DNA of 64,000 nucleotides from a candidate division FCPU426 bacterium (lineage in GTDB: Bacteria; Oederibacteriota; JAAXVQ01; JAUVAV01). Below the pieces are notes generated by a model. That model ran no database searches and was not told the DNA's origin. It saw only the letters and a program-made list of their open reading frames with translations. Both the position numbers and the translations under genes were made by a program. The stretch covers positions 32,001-96,000 of the forward strand of contig DAOWGI010000002.1 in NCBI GenBank assembly GCA_030637655.1. The letters run 5' to 3'. Shown in pieces: positions 30,163-41,632 of this stretch (positions are counted from its first letter, which is position 1; each line of letters starts with the position of its first letter).

Positions 30163-33100
30163 ATGAATAAAATCCCATCTATTGCTGCTTTTCGCCATCC
30201 CCGGCTTAGCATTTGGCTGAAAGCTTGCGCCATTTTGATGACCGTGAGTTTTGTGCTGCCCTACGTGACCTGGGCCTTTGATGCCGGGAATTATGCTATA
30301 TCCCAACCTCATTTTCTGCGAATTGCTCACCTGGGAAAAGCGCTGAACGTTCCGGATAAAATCGGCGTCATTAAACAGGGTTTTCAGGGTAATGGCAAAA
30401 CCGTGGTCTGTATCCAGGATTTGCATTGCAATTATGAGGTACAGAAGAATATTGCCAATATTATCCAGCACCTGGTAAAAAAGCACGGCTTGAAGCTAGT
30501 GGGCGAGGAAGGGGCATTTCATACGGTCGATACCTCGCCAATCAGCGCTTTCCCTATAAAAAAAGTCCGGGAAGAAGTAAGCGATTATTTTGTCAAGCAG
30601 GGCAAGATCACAGGCGCGGAGCATTATGCCGCCATCAGCGGCGGCGTTATTCAACTGGAAGGCATTGAAACTCCCAAACTGTATGCAGCCGGCCAAAAAG
30701 CAGTGCGTAGCTTTTTGAATGCCGAGAGCCAGGGCTATTGCTATGATCTGCGCGATATGCTGGAAGAATTGAAAGCTGATATTTATAATTCCCAACTCTT
30801 GAAATTCGATGGCAAGCGCGTGGCTTATCGCGAAGGCGATATAGACATTCTGAAATACAGCGCATATCTGCATCGTATAGCCCGCAAGCTGCAAGTGGAT
30901 TTGAGCGTGTATCCCAATTTGGCCCGCTTTCTCAGTCTGAAGCAGAATATTTTCTCCGCAAAAGTTGACCCGGACCAGCTTTTCCAGGAACTGGACAAAC
31001 TGGATGCCCAAATCCGGCAACAGCTCTATACGGATAAAAAGCAACAGGAGTTGGATGAATTATATACCCGCCTGGATATTGTCGAAAGACTTCTCAATAT
31101 TTCCGTTTCCCAGGAAGAATTGCAAGCCTTTCGCACAGAGCGGGAAAAATATACAACCCAGGCATTTATAAATTTCGTAGGGGCGATTCGTGAATCGCCC
31201 ACCAATGAAGTGGATTATATTGAAAGTGATATGTATATCCTGGATGAATATTTAAAACAAGTGGAAGAGTTCTATCGCCTGGCAGATGAGCGGAGCATCC
31301 ACTTTGTGGACAACCTGGTCCGCAAAATGGACCGCCTGGACGAGAACCTGGCAGTCATGATCAACGGCGGTTTTCATACTGACAAAGTCCTGGCTGAACT
31401 CAAGCGCCGGGATATCACCTATGTTTCCATCAAGCCACGCGTGACCCAACAGGATGTGGTGAATCCGTATTTTTCCCTGCTTCAGGGTCGTAAAACCCCG
31501 TTGGAAAAGCTGCTGGCCAAGAATCAGACGATAATGGCGATAATGAATGGGTGGGAGAAGGATCCATCATTGACTCAACAAGTTGTATTATCTGTAAAAA
31601 CATTTCGCGAACTTATGAGACACGGCGAGATAAAGATAATCCTAAAAGATTATCAGAAGAAATCTTTAGCTGCCTATATGGAACAATTTTCCAGCATTAA
31701 ATTACTTAAAATAGAAGGCGAAGGCCTTCCGGACGGAGTTTATGCTTATTATTTATCAATTAACGGGAAGAAATCAGATAACGTTTCGCTGGTTATGCGT
31801 AAAGGTCTTGTGCCGGAGATATGGCTGAACCAGCTTAATTTCGTTAGTTTTCAAAAATATTCGCGATGGATTTTATTGGTTGTTAGGTCCGTGAAAAAGG
31901 TTGGTCAAGTGCGGCAGGCGGTTCGGAAAAGTCCGAAGGCCTGGCCTGAAATGTTTTTCAAGGCGTGTGTGCTAGCAGTACCGGCATGGATAAAAGCAAT
32001 AAAAAAAGAAGCATTAGCAGGCGTGGCAGTTGGAATCGCGCTGGCAGTATTTATAGTCAGCGTCAATGTACCGGGCATTGTAATAACAGTACTGTTGAGT
32101 TTAACTATACTAACACAAATGAGAATGGATTTAAGGTATATGCAATTAGCCGGAGTGCCGCGAGTGGCAGGACAATGGATGTCCAAGGTTAGACAAAAAA
32201 CCAAACTTGCTTTATTGAACGAAGGGTTGCCGGCGAAAACAGTGCCAGGCACCGAAGCCGAAAAAAAGATACCTCAACATAAAGAGTTGAATACCAAAAA
32301 TAACGAGACAAGTAAAACCTTGAAGGATCGCTTCGCGAACTTGCTGCTGCACTCGGATAACATTCCGCGGGGCGCGTCGCTTACTCACGAATTATTCCGT
32401 TCATTGTTGGCTATTGATGAAAATACTGCCCTTGAGGGATGGCTGAAATATTTTGTGCCGGTTTATAGTGGTGTTACAGAAGAGGTGTGTAGGTTTAATT
32501 CGGAAATGCCCCAGACGCGCATGCCGGAAATACTGATTTTGGTAGGTTTGAAATTAGCTGACCGGGAGCTGGAATACCAAGCGCAATTAGCTCGCTTGAT
32601 AAGAGGGCAAAAGGTGGACTTGAAGGCAGTGGGCCCGGTTTTTGATACTAGTATGAATAATTATTATAATATTTTAGGAGTTTCACGCGATGCTTCTAGC
32701 CATGAGATTAAAAAAGCTTATAGAAAATTGGCTTTAAAATATCATCCGGACCAAACTCGCGGAAATAAAGAGGCTGAGGAGAAGTTTAAGAAAATAGAAG
32801 GGGCTTATTCGGTCCTAAGTGATCCAGATAAGAGAAAAACGTATAATTTGATGGGCCATGCTGCTTATACAAAAAGGCAGAGGTTTGGCGGCGGTATTAT
32901 GTTGTGGCTGCGGAGTATTTGGGTCGGGATAGGCAATTTTTTAGATAGTCTGGGAGTAGAGGCAGCTTGGGTTAAGAAGGTATTTAGCGAAAAGACTTAT
33001 GACTACGCGGTGGCCTCGATCGCGGAAAATGCCATTGTCAAGTATGCCGGACCATTACTGGCTCCGGCTCTCATAATTTTGTTTCCCGAAATCACTCAGA

Positions 33101-36100
33101 ATCAGGCAGCCTGGGCGCTTTTCCTCGGACTGCATATTCCTCAGATGTTTTGGAAAAAAGGCCGGCAGCTGCGCTATACTCTGCCCACTTTTGCACTAAC
33201 AGCCATTGGCTTGTATTCTGACCTTTCGCCCCTGGGCGATGGTTTGATTGTGCATTTAGCCGTGAATTTGGTTCTATACGGGATCGCACCGTGGATTATG
33301 AGCCGTATGGGCAGGGCTAAACTAAAGGAAAAAGCACAGAAATTAATTAAGCAGTTAGCTGGAATGTTGAAAAAGGAGCCAGGTGCCGAAAAAAAATCTA
33401 AAACAATGCAATATTCGCCGCTCTCTATAGCAGAAAGCGCTTTAGAGGAAACTCATCCAGGATTTGCTGAAAATCATCCTGACCTATACTATGAAATCAC
33501 TACGGAAATAGTGCCTAAATATGAATCATTACTATTTATTTGGGGCAAGAGGGAGGTGGCATTTAAGAAATTAAGAACAGAAGTAAATGAGCTTCTTGAG
33601 AAAGAAGGGCTGCAAGAAATAGAATTGAAGATGGAAGAAGTATATATACTTCCTTATGAAAAGCTGACCAAACATTTTATAGTAGGGAGTTTGTCGGTTT
33701 TCCTAATGTTTCAATATCCCGGGATAGCGTATCTTATAGCGGCAACAATACCGTCGTTGATTTATACACTGGTTCGAACCAATATTTATCAATTAATGTA
33801 CAAAGGGAGAGAAAAAGAAAAACGGTTATGGTGGGTCGGCTTTGTTTTGGCAGTTACGATGAATTTCAGGATGCTGATTTTGCCTATGTTGATTTATGTG
33901 ATATCAGTAATATTTAAAATAACAGGGATATTATTTGGGATTTGGATTTTTACTCTCGCTTGTTACGGAGTGTGGTACGGCATAAAACTAACACAGGAGG
34001 ATGATAAAGCGCGACGATTAACTATCCGAATTATTGCCTGGTATAATAAAAAAGTTCTGGAGTGGAGAAAAAAGGGGAAGGGCTTAAGAGCCAGGAGTAA
34101 GGGGCTCTCAACAGCAGACAAAAAAGCGGAGCAAAGCTTTGATGAAGCATTAAAAGCAGCGGAGATAAAAATAAATAAATATTTAACAATTCTGAATATA
34201 CCTGATATCCCTTTGGATGAAATTAATTATGATGTGATCGTGGAATATGCCGAGAAAAAAACCTATGGATATGGGTCATTTAAAGAAACAGATGAACAGC
34301 ATAAAGCATGTTCGGTATTACGGGAACTATATGAAATAATGGGCAAGATGATTCTGAGGCAATTATATGAAGATGTCAAAATAGTCAATGAAAAAATGAT
34401 TTCTGCTCAGAAAATTATACAACTGCGTGATCTGTTGAAAAAAATTGATGAAAGTACTGATAAAAGTGTTTGGGAGTCGACCTTAAACGGGATTGTTGAG
34501 AAAAGCAAAGAGTTCCAATTGAGTTTTAATATAAATATTGTACAACCAACGTCAGCCGGTTATCCTTCAGAAAAAGAATATCGCGAAAATGTGTCGGAGA
34601 TGATTGAACTTGTTCGGAAGTTCACTGAGTTGGAAAAACAAATATCTCCGGCAGCTGCGGGCGAGTTTCGCGCAAGTGAAAGCAAACATGATGGCATTCT
34701 GGCGGTAGAACCGCCTATCGGAAAGATGATTTCAATAATTGAGCTAGAGTATCTTGTGCGTAAGGAGAAGTATGAGGATTCAAAATCCAGTCATAATGTC
34801 GAAAAGCTAATTGAGGATGTGAAAATAAATACCCCGGGCACACTGATAGAAGAATTTCTTCGCGTATTTTTAGTGCTAAAAGAGAATTATGAAATAAAGC
34901 GAAAAGATATACAGTCAGGCATTACTACACCCCTTGGCGGGAAATCCAGTCTGCTAAAGAAATGGACGCTTATGCTGTTTCCGGATTGGGCAGGGCGTAA
35001 GTATACCAAGCTTCGTCTGGTTTTCATTGAAACCGGCTGGGTGCTGTTTTTGGGCGGGGTAGTGATGACCGGGCTGTGGGTTTTGAGCATGCTGGGAATG
35101 CCAATGCTCGCGGATTGGTTTCCGATTGACACCATAATAGGGCAAATGCAGAGCATGTTTGAGATAGCCTTGATTTTCTTCCCAATTTTGCATTTGGATA
35201 AGGTATTTAATTGGATATTGGATAGAGCGCCCCCTGATCTTGATCGTTTATTAAGCCCGGTTTTACGCACTAAAGAACCAACCCCCTTGCCCAATGCCGC
35301 GATCGCTGCCGGTATATCCGCGCTGGCCTATATTTCCCTGCTGCAGGCCTGGGGTATTGTGATTGGCCTGCTGGTCTTTATTCTTTCCCACGCGGCAGTT
35401 AATCTGTATTTAGATATAGTACCCACCATTGCCCAAACTGTTAAAGCCGACCCAGTGCCTTTGACTTCCGGTTCAGTGCGGCCTCAAGGGGTTGGCGATT
35501 TGTTCGGCGCTAGTGGCGAAAACATGGTTAAGCGCCACTGGTTTTTTAAAATTCCAGGCACGAAATTGCTGGTGCTGCCGCTTATAGCACTTTTGTTTTT
35601 CCTGATCCCGTCTAAAGTTGTGGGTAATATGACAATTACGAATAAGGAGATTCTGCAAGCGCAATTGGCCTGCCGGCAGGCATTGCATGGACAAACTGTT
35701 AAAAATTCAAAGCAGCTGGCAGCGGGCAAGACGATCTATGAATTAATATTCGGCAAATTTTCAAGCGCCAATGACTTTCCAATGTACTTGAAATACATGA
35801 CCGATTCGGTCGAACTGCGGGTGGTGGAACCGGCTGATGATAATGCCTCCTTTTTTGAAAAATTCAAAACCACTATACATGCAATCACAGCAGCTTTTTT
35901 TGGAACTCATACTGATACCCATCAAACGAATATATACGTATCAAAAAGCATGCTGGCATTGGCACTGGCAGAATCGAAAAATCAGCCTCAAACCTGGAAA
36001 GAGCAGCTGCTTACCCGGCTGGCAAAATTGCATTTGGGCCTGGTAATATGGTTTCAGAGCAATCTTTGCAAGACAATAATAAAGATTAGTTTAATCCCAT

Positions 36101-37887
36101 CTGAGCTGGGCCTGGACGCAGCTGTTAATGTTTTGAAGCATCTTGGTTTTGGCCAAAAGTCCGGCGAAAAATTTCCTGCCGGCCATATGGACGTAACTGA
36201 TTATACTGCCAAGATCCAGGCAGCCGGGAGCATGACCTGCGACAGCTCGCTCTTGCTGAACTTGATAGGACAGTACAGTCTGGATGTACAGAAAGTGCTT
36301 CAAAATCCCATGATCATGCCTTTGCTAAAGATTCTCATGCTGAAAGCATATCTCCTGGGTGATGTCAGGATGAATGCGGATACCTTAATCAGGGCAGCGC
36401 AAATGCCCATTGACGATTTGTTGCTCAGGGATGAGAAAGGGAATCCAGTAATTGATTTTACGGCCTTGAATGAGTTGACCGTCCAATACGGCCTGGCTGA
36501 GTTTGAATTTTTGCCGGAAAACATTGAGGCCATCATTTTCGAGGCCAAGGAAAATCCGGTCATGGAAACCATGCTGGTCCAGGTGTTGTCCGCGAATCCT
36601 GAAGCCAGGGAAGTACCATTAGCAAATATTGGCACCATGCTCAACGCACTGCTGGCTGATCAAAAAAGCTATAGGCCGGATACATCACAGGCCGGTCGAG
36701 TGCCTGAGACGATGGCAATTCAGGATATGCAAATATTACTGCCCCGGGAGACAGCTAAAGCAATGTTGCGCCAGGTCAATAAACTGCTGGCAGATCTTGG
36801 CAGGCATTCTGCGCCCGGCTTAGTTAAACGTCTCACAGTTTTGCAGAGTATCCTGCAAACTGCCGGGGATAATACTGCTTCCGGGCTGATTATAAAACTA
36901 ACCGCTGAAGACCGCCCCTTCATTCAGGAACTGGCCGGCGAAATAATGCGTATTCAGCGCAGTAGTTCGGCGGTGGCATTCGTACCCCAGTTAGACCAAT
37001 ATGGCGCGCTGGTTGCATCTGATACGGGCGAGATAAAGCAAGTGCGGGTTGAAACCACCCCAGGGCAATTTGAAGTTTTAGAAATTTTTAAGCGGGATTT
37101 ATTCGACCTCGCAGCCACATCGGTTGAGGCCTTACAAGCAGGTGTCAAAGCGATTTATAAGCGCCAAACCCCGGCTCAGGCTGAGATGAGGTTGTTTAGC
37201 GGTAAATACAAAGCCTGGGTGACAAATAAGCCCATAACCGGTTTATCTGCGGCTGATCAATTCTGGCTGCTGATGGCCAAAATCATACCTTTGCGGGTAT
37301 TTAAAATCGCAGTTCACAAGCGTATTCAATATAGGAAGCCCTATGGATACATAAAAGCCCGGATATGGGATACCCTGCCAATGGAACTCAGAAATGCGCC
37401 TCTGGCCCGGGAATTTTTCCGAAAAGTGAAAAATGAAGCCAATGAAATATCACTGGCGCCCGGCAAACGCGCGGTTTTCAATACTTGCTGGAATTTTACG
37501 AGCGCTGATTGGAAGAATAAAGAAGCCTCGGCTAAGGCAGAATTGGAATTTGCCCTGAGCATGGTACTTTTCCTGGAAAAGCATAAAGGGCCCAGGCATT
37601 ATCAAAACCTGGCTCTGTTTTTCCATGTGGTCAGACAGATGCAATCCATAACCCCGCTGCACTTTGCCAAAATGGATAAAACCTGGCAGTCTCAATATCC
37701 TTATCTTATTCATTCCGAATATCATATTCCGGCTGCTTTGAGGAAAGTATCCAGAGGATTTTTCGGCAAAGTAAAAGAACTGGTCGAATACAGCACTTCT
37801 CAGGAGTATTCGCCGTTTGTGGTTATTGATAAGTGGCTCGATCTGTTTGAGCGTAAAATTCAGCGTTGTTTTGGTGGGTCAGCGTAA
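30163..37887 (+). CDS. Giant (2574 aa) multidomain membrane protein with an internal DnaJ J-domain
   Basis: 7.7-kb ORF with SD AGGGAG and an N-terminal signal/TM. IQDLH..EEG..GGFH domain; J-domain [40 protein letters not shown] at ~32653-32850; several TM clusters. Confidence 0.85.
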   Translation: MNKIPSIAAFRHPRLSIWLKACAILMTVSFVLPYVTWAFDAGNYAISQPHFLRIAHLGKALNVPDKIGVIKQGFQGNGKTVVCIQDLHCNYEVQKNIANIIQHLVKKHGLKLVGEEGAFHTVDTSPISAFPIKKVREEVSDYFVKQGKITGAEHYAAISGGVIQLEGIETPKLYAAGQKAVRSFLNAESQGYCYDLRDMLEELKADIYNSQLLKFDGKRVAYREGDIDILKYSAYLHRIARKLQVDLSVYPNLARFLSLKQNIFSAKVDPDQLFQELDKLDAQIRQQLYTDKKQQELDELYTRLDIVERLLNISVSQEELQAFRTEREKYTTQAFINFVGAIRESPTNEVDYIESDMYILDEYLKQVEEFYRLADERSIHFVDNLVRKMDRLDENLAVMINGGFHTDKVLAELKRRDITYVSIKPRVTQQDVVNPYFSLLQGRKTPLEKLLAKNQTIMAIMNGWEKDPSLTQQVVLSVKTFRELMRHGEIKIILKDYQKKSLAAYMEQFSSIKLLKIEGEGLPDGVYAYYLSINGKKSDNVSLVMRKGLVPEIWLNQLNFVSFQKYSRWILLVVRSVKKVGQVRQAVRKSPKAWPEMFFKACVLAVPAWIKAIKKEALAGVAVGIALAVFIVSVNVPGIVITVLLSLTILTQMRMDLRYMQLAGVPRVAGQWMSKVRQKTKLALLNEGLPAKTVPGTEAEKKIPQHKELNTKNNETSKTLKDRFANLLLHSDNIPRGASLTHELFRSLLAIDENTALEGWLKYFVPVYSGVTEEVCRFNSEMPQTRMPEILILVGLKLADRELEYQAQLARLIRGQKVDLKAVGPVFDTSMNNYYNILGVSRDASSHEIKKAYRKLALKYHPDQTRGNKEAEEKFKKIEGAYSVLSDPDKRKTYNLMGHAAYTKRQRFGGGIMLWLRSIWVGIGNFLDSLGVEAAWVKKVFSEKTYDYAVASIAENAIVKYAGPLLAPALIILFPEITQNQAAWALFLGLHIPQMFWKKGRQLRYTLPTFALTAIGLYSDLSPLGDGLIVHLAVNLVLYGIAPWIMSRMGRAKLKEKAQKLIKQLAGMLKKEPGAEKKSKTMQYSPLSIAESALEETHPGFAENHPDLYYEITTEIVPKYESLLFIWGKREVAFKKLRTEVNELLEKEGLQEIELKMEEVYILPYEKLTKHFIVGSLSVFLMFQYPGIAYLIAATIPSLIYTLVRTNIYQLMYKGREKEKRLWWVGFVLAVTMNFRMLILPMLIYVISVIFKITGILFGIWIFTLACYGVWYGIKLTQEDDKARRLTIRIIAWYNKKVLEWRKKGKGLRARSKGLSTADKKAEQSFDEALKAAEIKINKYLTILNIPDIPLDEINYDVIVEYAEKKTYGYGSFKETDEQHKACSVLRELYEIMGKMILRQLYEDVKIVNEKMISAQKIIQLRDLLKKIDESTDKSVWESTLNGIVEKSKEFQLSFNINIVQPTSAGYPSEKEYRENVSEMIELVRKFTELEKQISPAAAGEFRASESKHDGILAVEPPIGKMISIIELEYLVRKEKYEDSKSSHNVEKLIEDVKINTPGTLIEEFLRVFLVLKENYEIKRKDIQSGITTPLGGKSSLLKKWTLMLFPDWAGRKYTKLRLVFIETGWVLFLGGVVMTGLWVLSMLGMPMLADWFPIDTIIGQMQSMFEIALIFFPILHLDKVFNWILDRAPPDLDRLLSPVLRTKEPTPLPNAAIAAGISALAYISLLQAWGIVIGLLVFILSHAAVNLYLDIVPTIAQTVKADPVPLTSGSVRPQGVGDLFGASGENMVKRHWFFKIPGTKLLVLPLIALLFFLIPSKVVGNMTITNKEILQAQLACRQALHGQTVKNSKQLAAGKTIYELIFGKFSSANDFPMYLKYMTDSVELRVVEPADDNASFFEKFKTTIHAITAAFFGTHTDTHQTNIYVSKSMLALALAESKNQPQTWKEQLLTRLAKLHLGLVIWFQSNLCKTIIKISLIPSELGLDAAVNVLKHLGFGQKSGEKFPAGHMDVTDYTAKIQAAGSMTCDSSLLLNLIGQYSLDVQKVLQNPMIMPLLKILMLKAYLLGDVRMNADTLIRAAQMPIDDLLLRDEKGNPVIDFTALNELTVQYGLAEFEFLPENIEAIIFEAKENPVMETMLVQVLSANPEAREVPLANIGTMLNALLADQKSYRPDTSQAGRVPETMAIQDMQILLPRETAKAMLRQVNKLLADLGRHSAPGLVKRLTVLQSILQTAGDNTASGLIIKLTAEDRPFIQELAGEIMRIQRSSSAVAFVPQLDQYGALVASDTGEIKQVRVETTPGQFEVLEIFKRDLFDLAATSVEALQAGVKAIYKRQTPAQAEMRLFSGKYKAWVTNKPITGLSAADQFWLLMAKIIPLRVFKIAVHKRIQYRKPYGYIKARIWDTLPMELRNAPLAREFFRKVKNEANEISLAPGKRAVFNTCWNFTSADWKNKEASAKAELEFALSMVLFLEKHKGPRHYQNLALFFHVVRQMQSITPLHFAKMDKTWQSQYPYLIHSEYHIPAALRKVSRGFFGKVKELVEYSTSQEYSPFVVIDKWLDLFERKIQRCFGGSA
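31177..31200. repeat. GTAG-type REP lying in frame inside the giant CDS
   Basis: GTAGGGGCGATTCGTGAATCGCCC, translated as VGAIRESP. Confidence 0.8.
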
Positions 37888-38030
37888 AATTTTGTGAAAC
37901 TTTGGGCAGGTTGGTTCTTACAGGGCATTATGCCTGACAGGAGGACTGATTTTCTATAGAAACGCCTCCCTGCCACGGCAGGCAATGCGCGGGACCGCGG
38001 GTATTCTGGCTTTTCTGTGGACTGCCGGAG

Positions 38031-38750
38031 TTAGCGGAAGATTATAGTTGCAGGTTTTTTAAAGGGTAAATGAATTTCAACACTCTCACCAGCCGGTGAG
38101 CGCAATTCGGTGAGGGTTACAGCGTTAGGTTTGATAAGGAATTCATAGTCGGATACTTGAAATTTTGAAAAAGAGGTTTGTCCCAGACTTCCCAGAAAAA
38201 CATCGGATTTGCGTCCTGTTGGGAGCACTACTTTTTTAGGAAACAATTGGTTGTTTTTAATTATCCAAGCGTTACGATAAGCGCGGACCGGTCCGGGCCA
38301 GCGTTTGGCATGAATGTAGCATTTAAGACGATCGAGTGTTTCGGAGGGTTCGCCTGTTTCCGCATCCCTAGTATGACCACTGCTGGTATCAACAAAGAAA
38401 AGATGGTCACCGAATTTTAGCTTGCCAAAACCGATGGTTTTATAGGTTTTGGGCGCTATCCGGTATTTTATCTTAGGATTTGCCCGGGTTACGATAAGGG
38501 GTACTTCAGAAAGATTTAATACGTGTAAAATAACTTCAGCGCCGCCAGGCGAATAAAATTTTGCCGGATACAATGTAGCCTGGTGATAGACCATGCCGAA
38601 TTCCCAAGGCTGGGACGCCTGGTCGGATAAACGGGTGTTTTCGGTAATCGGAGCGTGTTCCCAGACCGCTTGCGTACTTGCCGGCAGAAATATAATTCCT
38701 GTCAAAAAAATAATGCCATACATTGTGGTGTGAAGTTGGAAAATTGACAT
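38031..38750 (-). CDS. Secreted hypothetical protein (beta-rich)
   Basis: Signal-peptide-like N-terminus (..LPASTQA); no recognisable family. Confidence 0.6.
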   Translation of the reverse strand: MSIFQLHTTMYGIIFLTGIIFLPASTQAVWEHAPITENTRLSDQASQPWEFGMVYHQATLYPAKFYSPGGAEVILHVLNLSEVPLIVTRANPKIKYRIAPKTYKTIGFGKLKFGDHLFFVDTSSGHTRDAETGEPSETLDRLKCYIHAKRWPGPVRAYRNAWIIKNNQLFPKKVVLPTGRKSDVFLGSLGQTSFSKFQVSDYEFLIKPNAVTLTELRSPAGESVEIHLPFKKPATIIFR

Positions 38751-38805
38751 GGGGCTATTTTATAAGAAAGCACCGGGTTTGTCATGCTGAAATTCCGATC
38801 GGAAG

Positions 38806-38982
38806 GTAACATGTCAGTGAACTAATAGAAAGAAAATTAACCGCCGATGAACGCCGATAAATACAGATTTAATTTTTTTATCTCTTAAGTTCTAAATATC
38901 TGCGTCTATCTGCGTTCATCGGCGGCTAATTTTGGTTTCGGTTTATCCGAATTAGGTTTTTTTCGCTTCACTGACATGTTAC
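38806..38982. mobile_element. MITE family 2, copy 1 (GTAA-ended, IS66-like)
   Basis: Perfect 16-bp TIR GTAACATGTCAGTGAA / TTCACTGACATGTTAC; body similar to 58856-59051; no target duplication visible at this copy. Confidence 0.85.
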
Positions 38983-39003
38983 GGATACGCAGTTAAAAAA
39001 AAA

Positions 39004-39033
39004 TTGACAGGCCAAGCTGCGGTTTGATAGCAT
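39004..39033 (+). promoter_or_regulatory. Putative sigma70 promoter
   Basis: TTGACA-18 nt-TAGCAT upstream of the hydrolase gene. Confidence 0.4.
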
Positions 39034-39092
39034 AATGCGACTCGGAAATTAGGGCTGTGAATCCATTAGGAATGTGAGGTTGGAGAGATACG

Positions 39093-40025
39093 ATGAAGTG
39101 GAAACGGATTGTGTACTTGGGGCTGCTGCTGGTACTGGTGGGTACTGGTATACTCTATTTTCTGCGTTTTCACGCCGGAAAAGCAATTTTTCCAGTACGC
39201 GGTGAATTTATTCAGGTGGAAAACACAAAAATATATACCACCGTACGCGGTGAGGGGAAAACCGTGCTTTTTTTGCATGGTTTTCCGTATAATTCGGAAT
39301 CTTTTTATTCTCTAGCTACTCGTCCTTTTCCAGGATATCGTTTTATTACTGTTGATTTTCCGGGTTTGGGCTTGTCTGAGAAAAACATCAATAAAAATTT
39401 AACCCCGGAGGATATGGCGCTCTTGGTAAAGCTTTTTCTTGATCGTATTGGAGTACAGGAAGTGGATCTGGTAGGACACGACCTGGGGGGCGGTGTTGCT
39501 ATTGTGTGTGCTGCGAATTTTCCGCAAATTGTGAATAAAGTAGTTTTGCTGGCCCCGGACTCCTCAGGCGGAAGCGCAACCTCGATAATGAACGGATTGT
39601 GGCAGATTCCAGTGCTGGGAGAATTATGGGCTACTTTTCGTTTGGATCGTAGATTTGTCAGGGATTTCTTGCAACGGTCTTGGGCGCCGGCGGCTTCAGA
39701 ATGGAGCCAAATGGTTGAACGCTATACACGCGTGCTTAACACCCGAAACGGCAGAAAAGGTTTTTTGGAATTACACCGGGGACGTCAGGGGTTTGACTAC
39801 CTAAAGCACGAGGAGCGTATGCAGGTCGAAACTTTGATTCTGTGGGGAGAGGAAGATCGCGTTGTTGAGCTCGGTGCGTCAGAGCGATTGCTGCAAAGTT
39901 TGGAACATTCGACACTTAAGACCATTCCCAAGGTTGGCCATCTACTTCACGAAGAAGCGCCGGAGCAAGTCTATCAACTGATTAAAGGTTTTTTGCTTAC
40001 TCCTGAAAAGAAAGACGAAGAATAA
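39093..40025 (+). CDS. Membrane-anchored alpha/beta hydrolase with an Asp nucleophile motif
   Basis: N-terminal TM, LFLHGFP, DFPGLGLS, GHDLGG, ILWGEED, VGHLLHEE. Confidence 0.85.
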   Translation: MKWKRIVYLGLLLVLVGTGILYFLRFHAGKAIFPVRGEFIQVENTKIYTTVRGEGKTVLFLHGFPYNSESFYSLATRPFPGYRFITVDFPGLGLSEKNINKNLTPEDMALLVKLFLDRIGVQEVDLVGHDLGGGVAIVCAANFPQIVNKVVLLAPDSSGGSATSIMNGLWQIPVLGELWATFRLDRRFVRDFLQRSWAPAASEWSQMVERYTRVLNTRNGRKGFLELHRGRQGFDYLKHEERMQVETLILWGEEDRVVELGASERLLQSLEHSTLKTIPKVGHLLHEEAPEQVYQLIKGFLLTPEKKDEE

Positions 40026-40085
40026 CTTAACTGCGATGGTACGAAAAAAACACCAGCGACGATCGCAAATAGCCGGGAGGAAGTA

Positions 40086-40868
40086 ATGCAGGATGTGCAG
40101 AATCAAATGGATGATCGCAACATTGCGATTGATAAAGTCGGTATTCGGAATATTAAATATCCCATATCTGTTTTGGATAAAGCGCATAAAGTACAGCATA
40201 CGGTAGCGGACATCAATTTATACGTGCACCTGCCTAAACATTTTCGCGGAACGCATATGAGCCGTTTTGTGGAAGTGCTGAATGAACATAAGCGTGAAAT
40301 TAATGTCGAAAACATCGACGCGATTTTAGATAATATTCGTCAAACCTTGAAATCCGAGGCAGCCTACTTAGAACTTTCATTCCCGTATTTTATAGAAAAA
40401 ACCGCCCCAATATCCAAAGCGTCCAGCCTGATGGAATACACCTGCTCCATGATGGCCAGTCATCATCGCGATGGGGAAAAGGACTTTGTGTTAACCGTTC
40501 ACGTGCCGGTGACAACACTTTGTCCCTGTTCCAAAGAAATCAGTGACCGTGGCGCGCATAATCAGCGTTCCCTGGTAACACTTTCTGTTCGGATAAACAC
40601 CTTGGTTTGGATTGAAGAATTAATTACCTTGGTCGAAAACTGCGCGGTTTGTGATTTGTACGCTTTGCTGAAGCGTGAAGACGAAAAGCACGTGACGGAA
40701 CGTGCGTATGACAATCCGGCTTTTGTGGAAGATATTGTGCGGGAAATAGCCGGCAAACTCAAATTGGATGAACGCCTCACCTGGTTTACAGTGGAGTGTG
40801 AGAATATGGAAAGTATTCATAACCACAATGCGTATGCCTTGGTAGAGAGCGGAAACGCCCAAAAATAA
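40086..40868 (+). CDS. folE2: GTP cyclohydrolase IB
   Basis: IDKVGI, RGTHMSRF, TTLCPCSKEIS..GAHNQRS, LLKREDEK.VTERAYDNP.FVED, ESIHNHNAYA. Confidence 0.96.
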   Translation: MQDVQNQMDDRNIAIDKVGIRNIKYPISVLDKAHKVQHTVADINLYVHLPKHFRGTHMSRFVEVLNEHKREINVENIDAILDNIRQTLKSEAAYLELSFPYFIEKTAPISKASSLMEYTCSMMASHHRDGEKDFVLTVHVPVTTLCPCSKEISDRGAHNQRSLVTLSVRINTLVWIEELITLVENCAVCDLYALLKREDEKHVTERAYDNPAFVEDIVREIAGKLKLDERLTWFTVECENMESIHNHNAYALVESGNAQK

Positions 40869-40920
40869 ATCAAGGCAGGGGTTCGAAAATAAAAGCCGGG
40901 AATGAAAAAGCCTTTTTACG

Positions 40921-40949
40921 TTGCAGCAAACTATTGCTTAAGTTATAAT
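40921..40949 (+). promoter_or_regulatory. Putative sigma70 promoter
   Basis: TTGCAG-17 nt-TATAAT. Confidence 0.5.
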
Positions 40950-40993
40950 TTATAAGAAGCGCGGGCGATTCGTCGCAAAAGGAGGGATATGAT

Positions 40994-41614
40994 ATGAGTT
41001 GGACCGGTGGCGATAAAATAAAAGAAATGAAATTTTTGGTGGATTTACAAAATCATACCTACATCAGCGAGAAGAGCCATCAAGAAATTATTGATTTAGC
41101 ACGATTGGCACCAGCCGGCTATGACAATTATCTCAAGGGCTGGGTCAAAGCTGATGGAACCATCAAAGTGTGGGTTGAGAGTATTGAAGACATTGTGTTT
41201 CGGTATTGGGATCAGATCAAATTGGGGTTTAGTCTGTTGGTAAAAGAAAAAATCACAAAAAAACAGGCCAAGACCTATGCCATCGTAAACCGCATTGAAC
41301 GTTATGCCGGCGTGGTGAATAATTTTCTGGCCACGCGCAGCAAAAATAAATATTTTGAAGATCAACTGGGGTATGCCATTCAGTTTTATGGTCAACCCAA
41401 AATAGCGAAAAACAGTTCGGTTATGTTGTTAGTTAATTATAAGGCGGATAAAAACCGCTATATTTTTGCCGGCACACGTGGGAAAGTGGTTGCCACGGCA
41501 GGATCACAAGCCAAGAAATTGAGGGTAAAATGGAGCGTTAGTCACAGCGGAATCATGAAAAAACGCGGTGGGATTGAACTGCTGACGGATCGCCGGATAT
41601 TGTCGTTGGTCTGA
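40994..41614 (+). CDS. Hypothetical basic protein
   Basis: SD GGAGG; 206-aa ORF; no recognisable family. Confidence 0.7.
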   Translation: MSWTGGDKIKEMKFLVDLQNHTYISEKSHQEIIDLARLAPAGYDNYLKGWVKADGTIKVWVESIEDIVFRYWDQIKLGFSLLVKEKITKKQAKTYAIVNRIERYAGVVNNFLATRSKNKYFEDQLGYAIQFYGQPKIAKNSSVMLLVNYKADKNRYIFAGTRGKVVATAGSQAKKLRVKWSVSHSGIMKKRGGIELLTDRRILSLV

Positions 41615-41632
41615 TTATAGTGGAGGCGGTTC

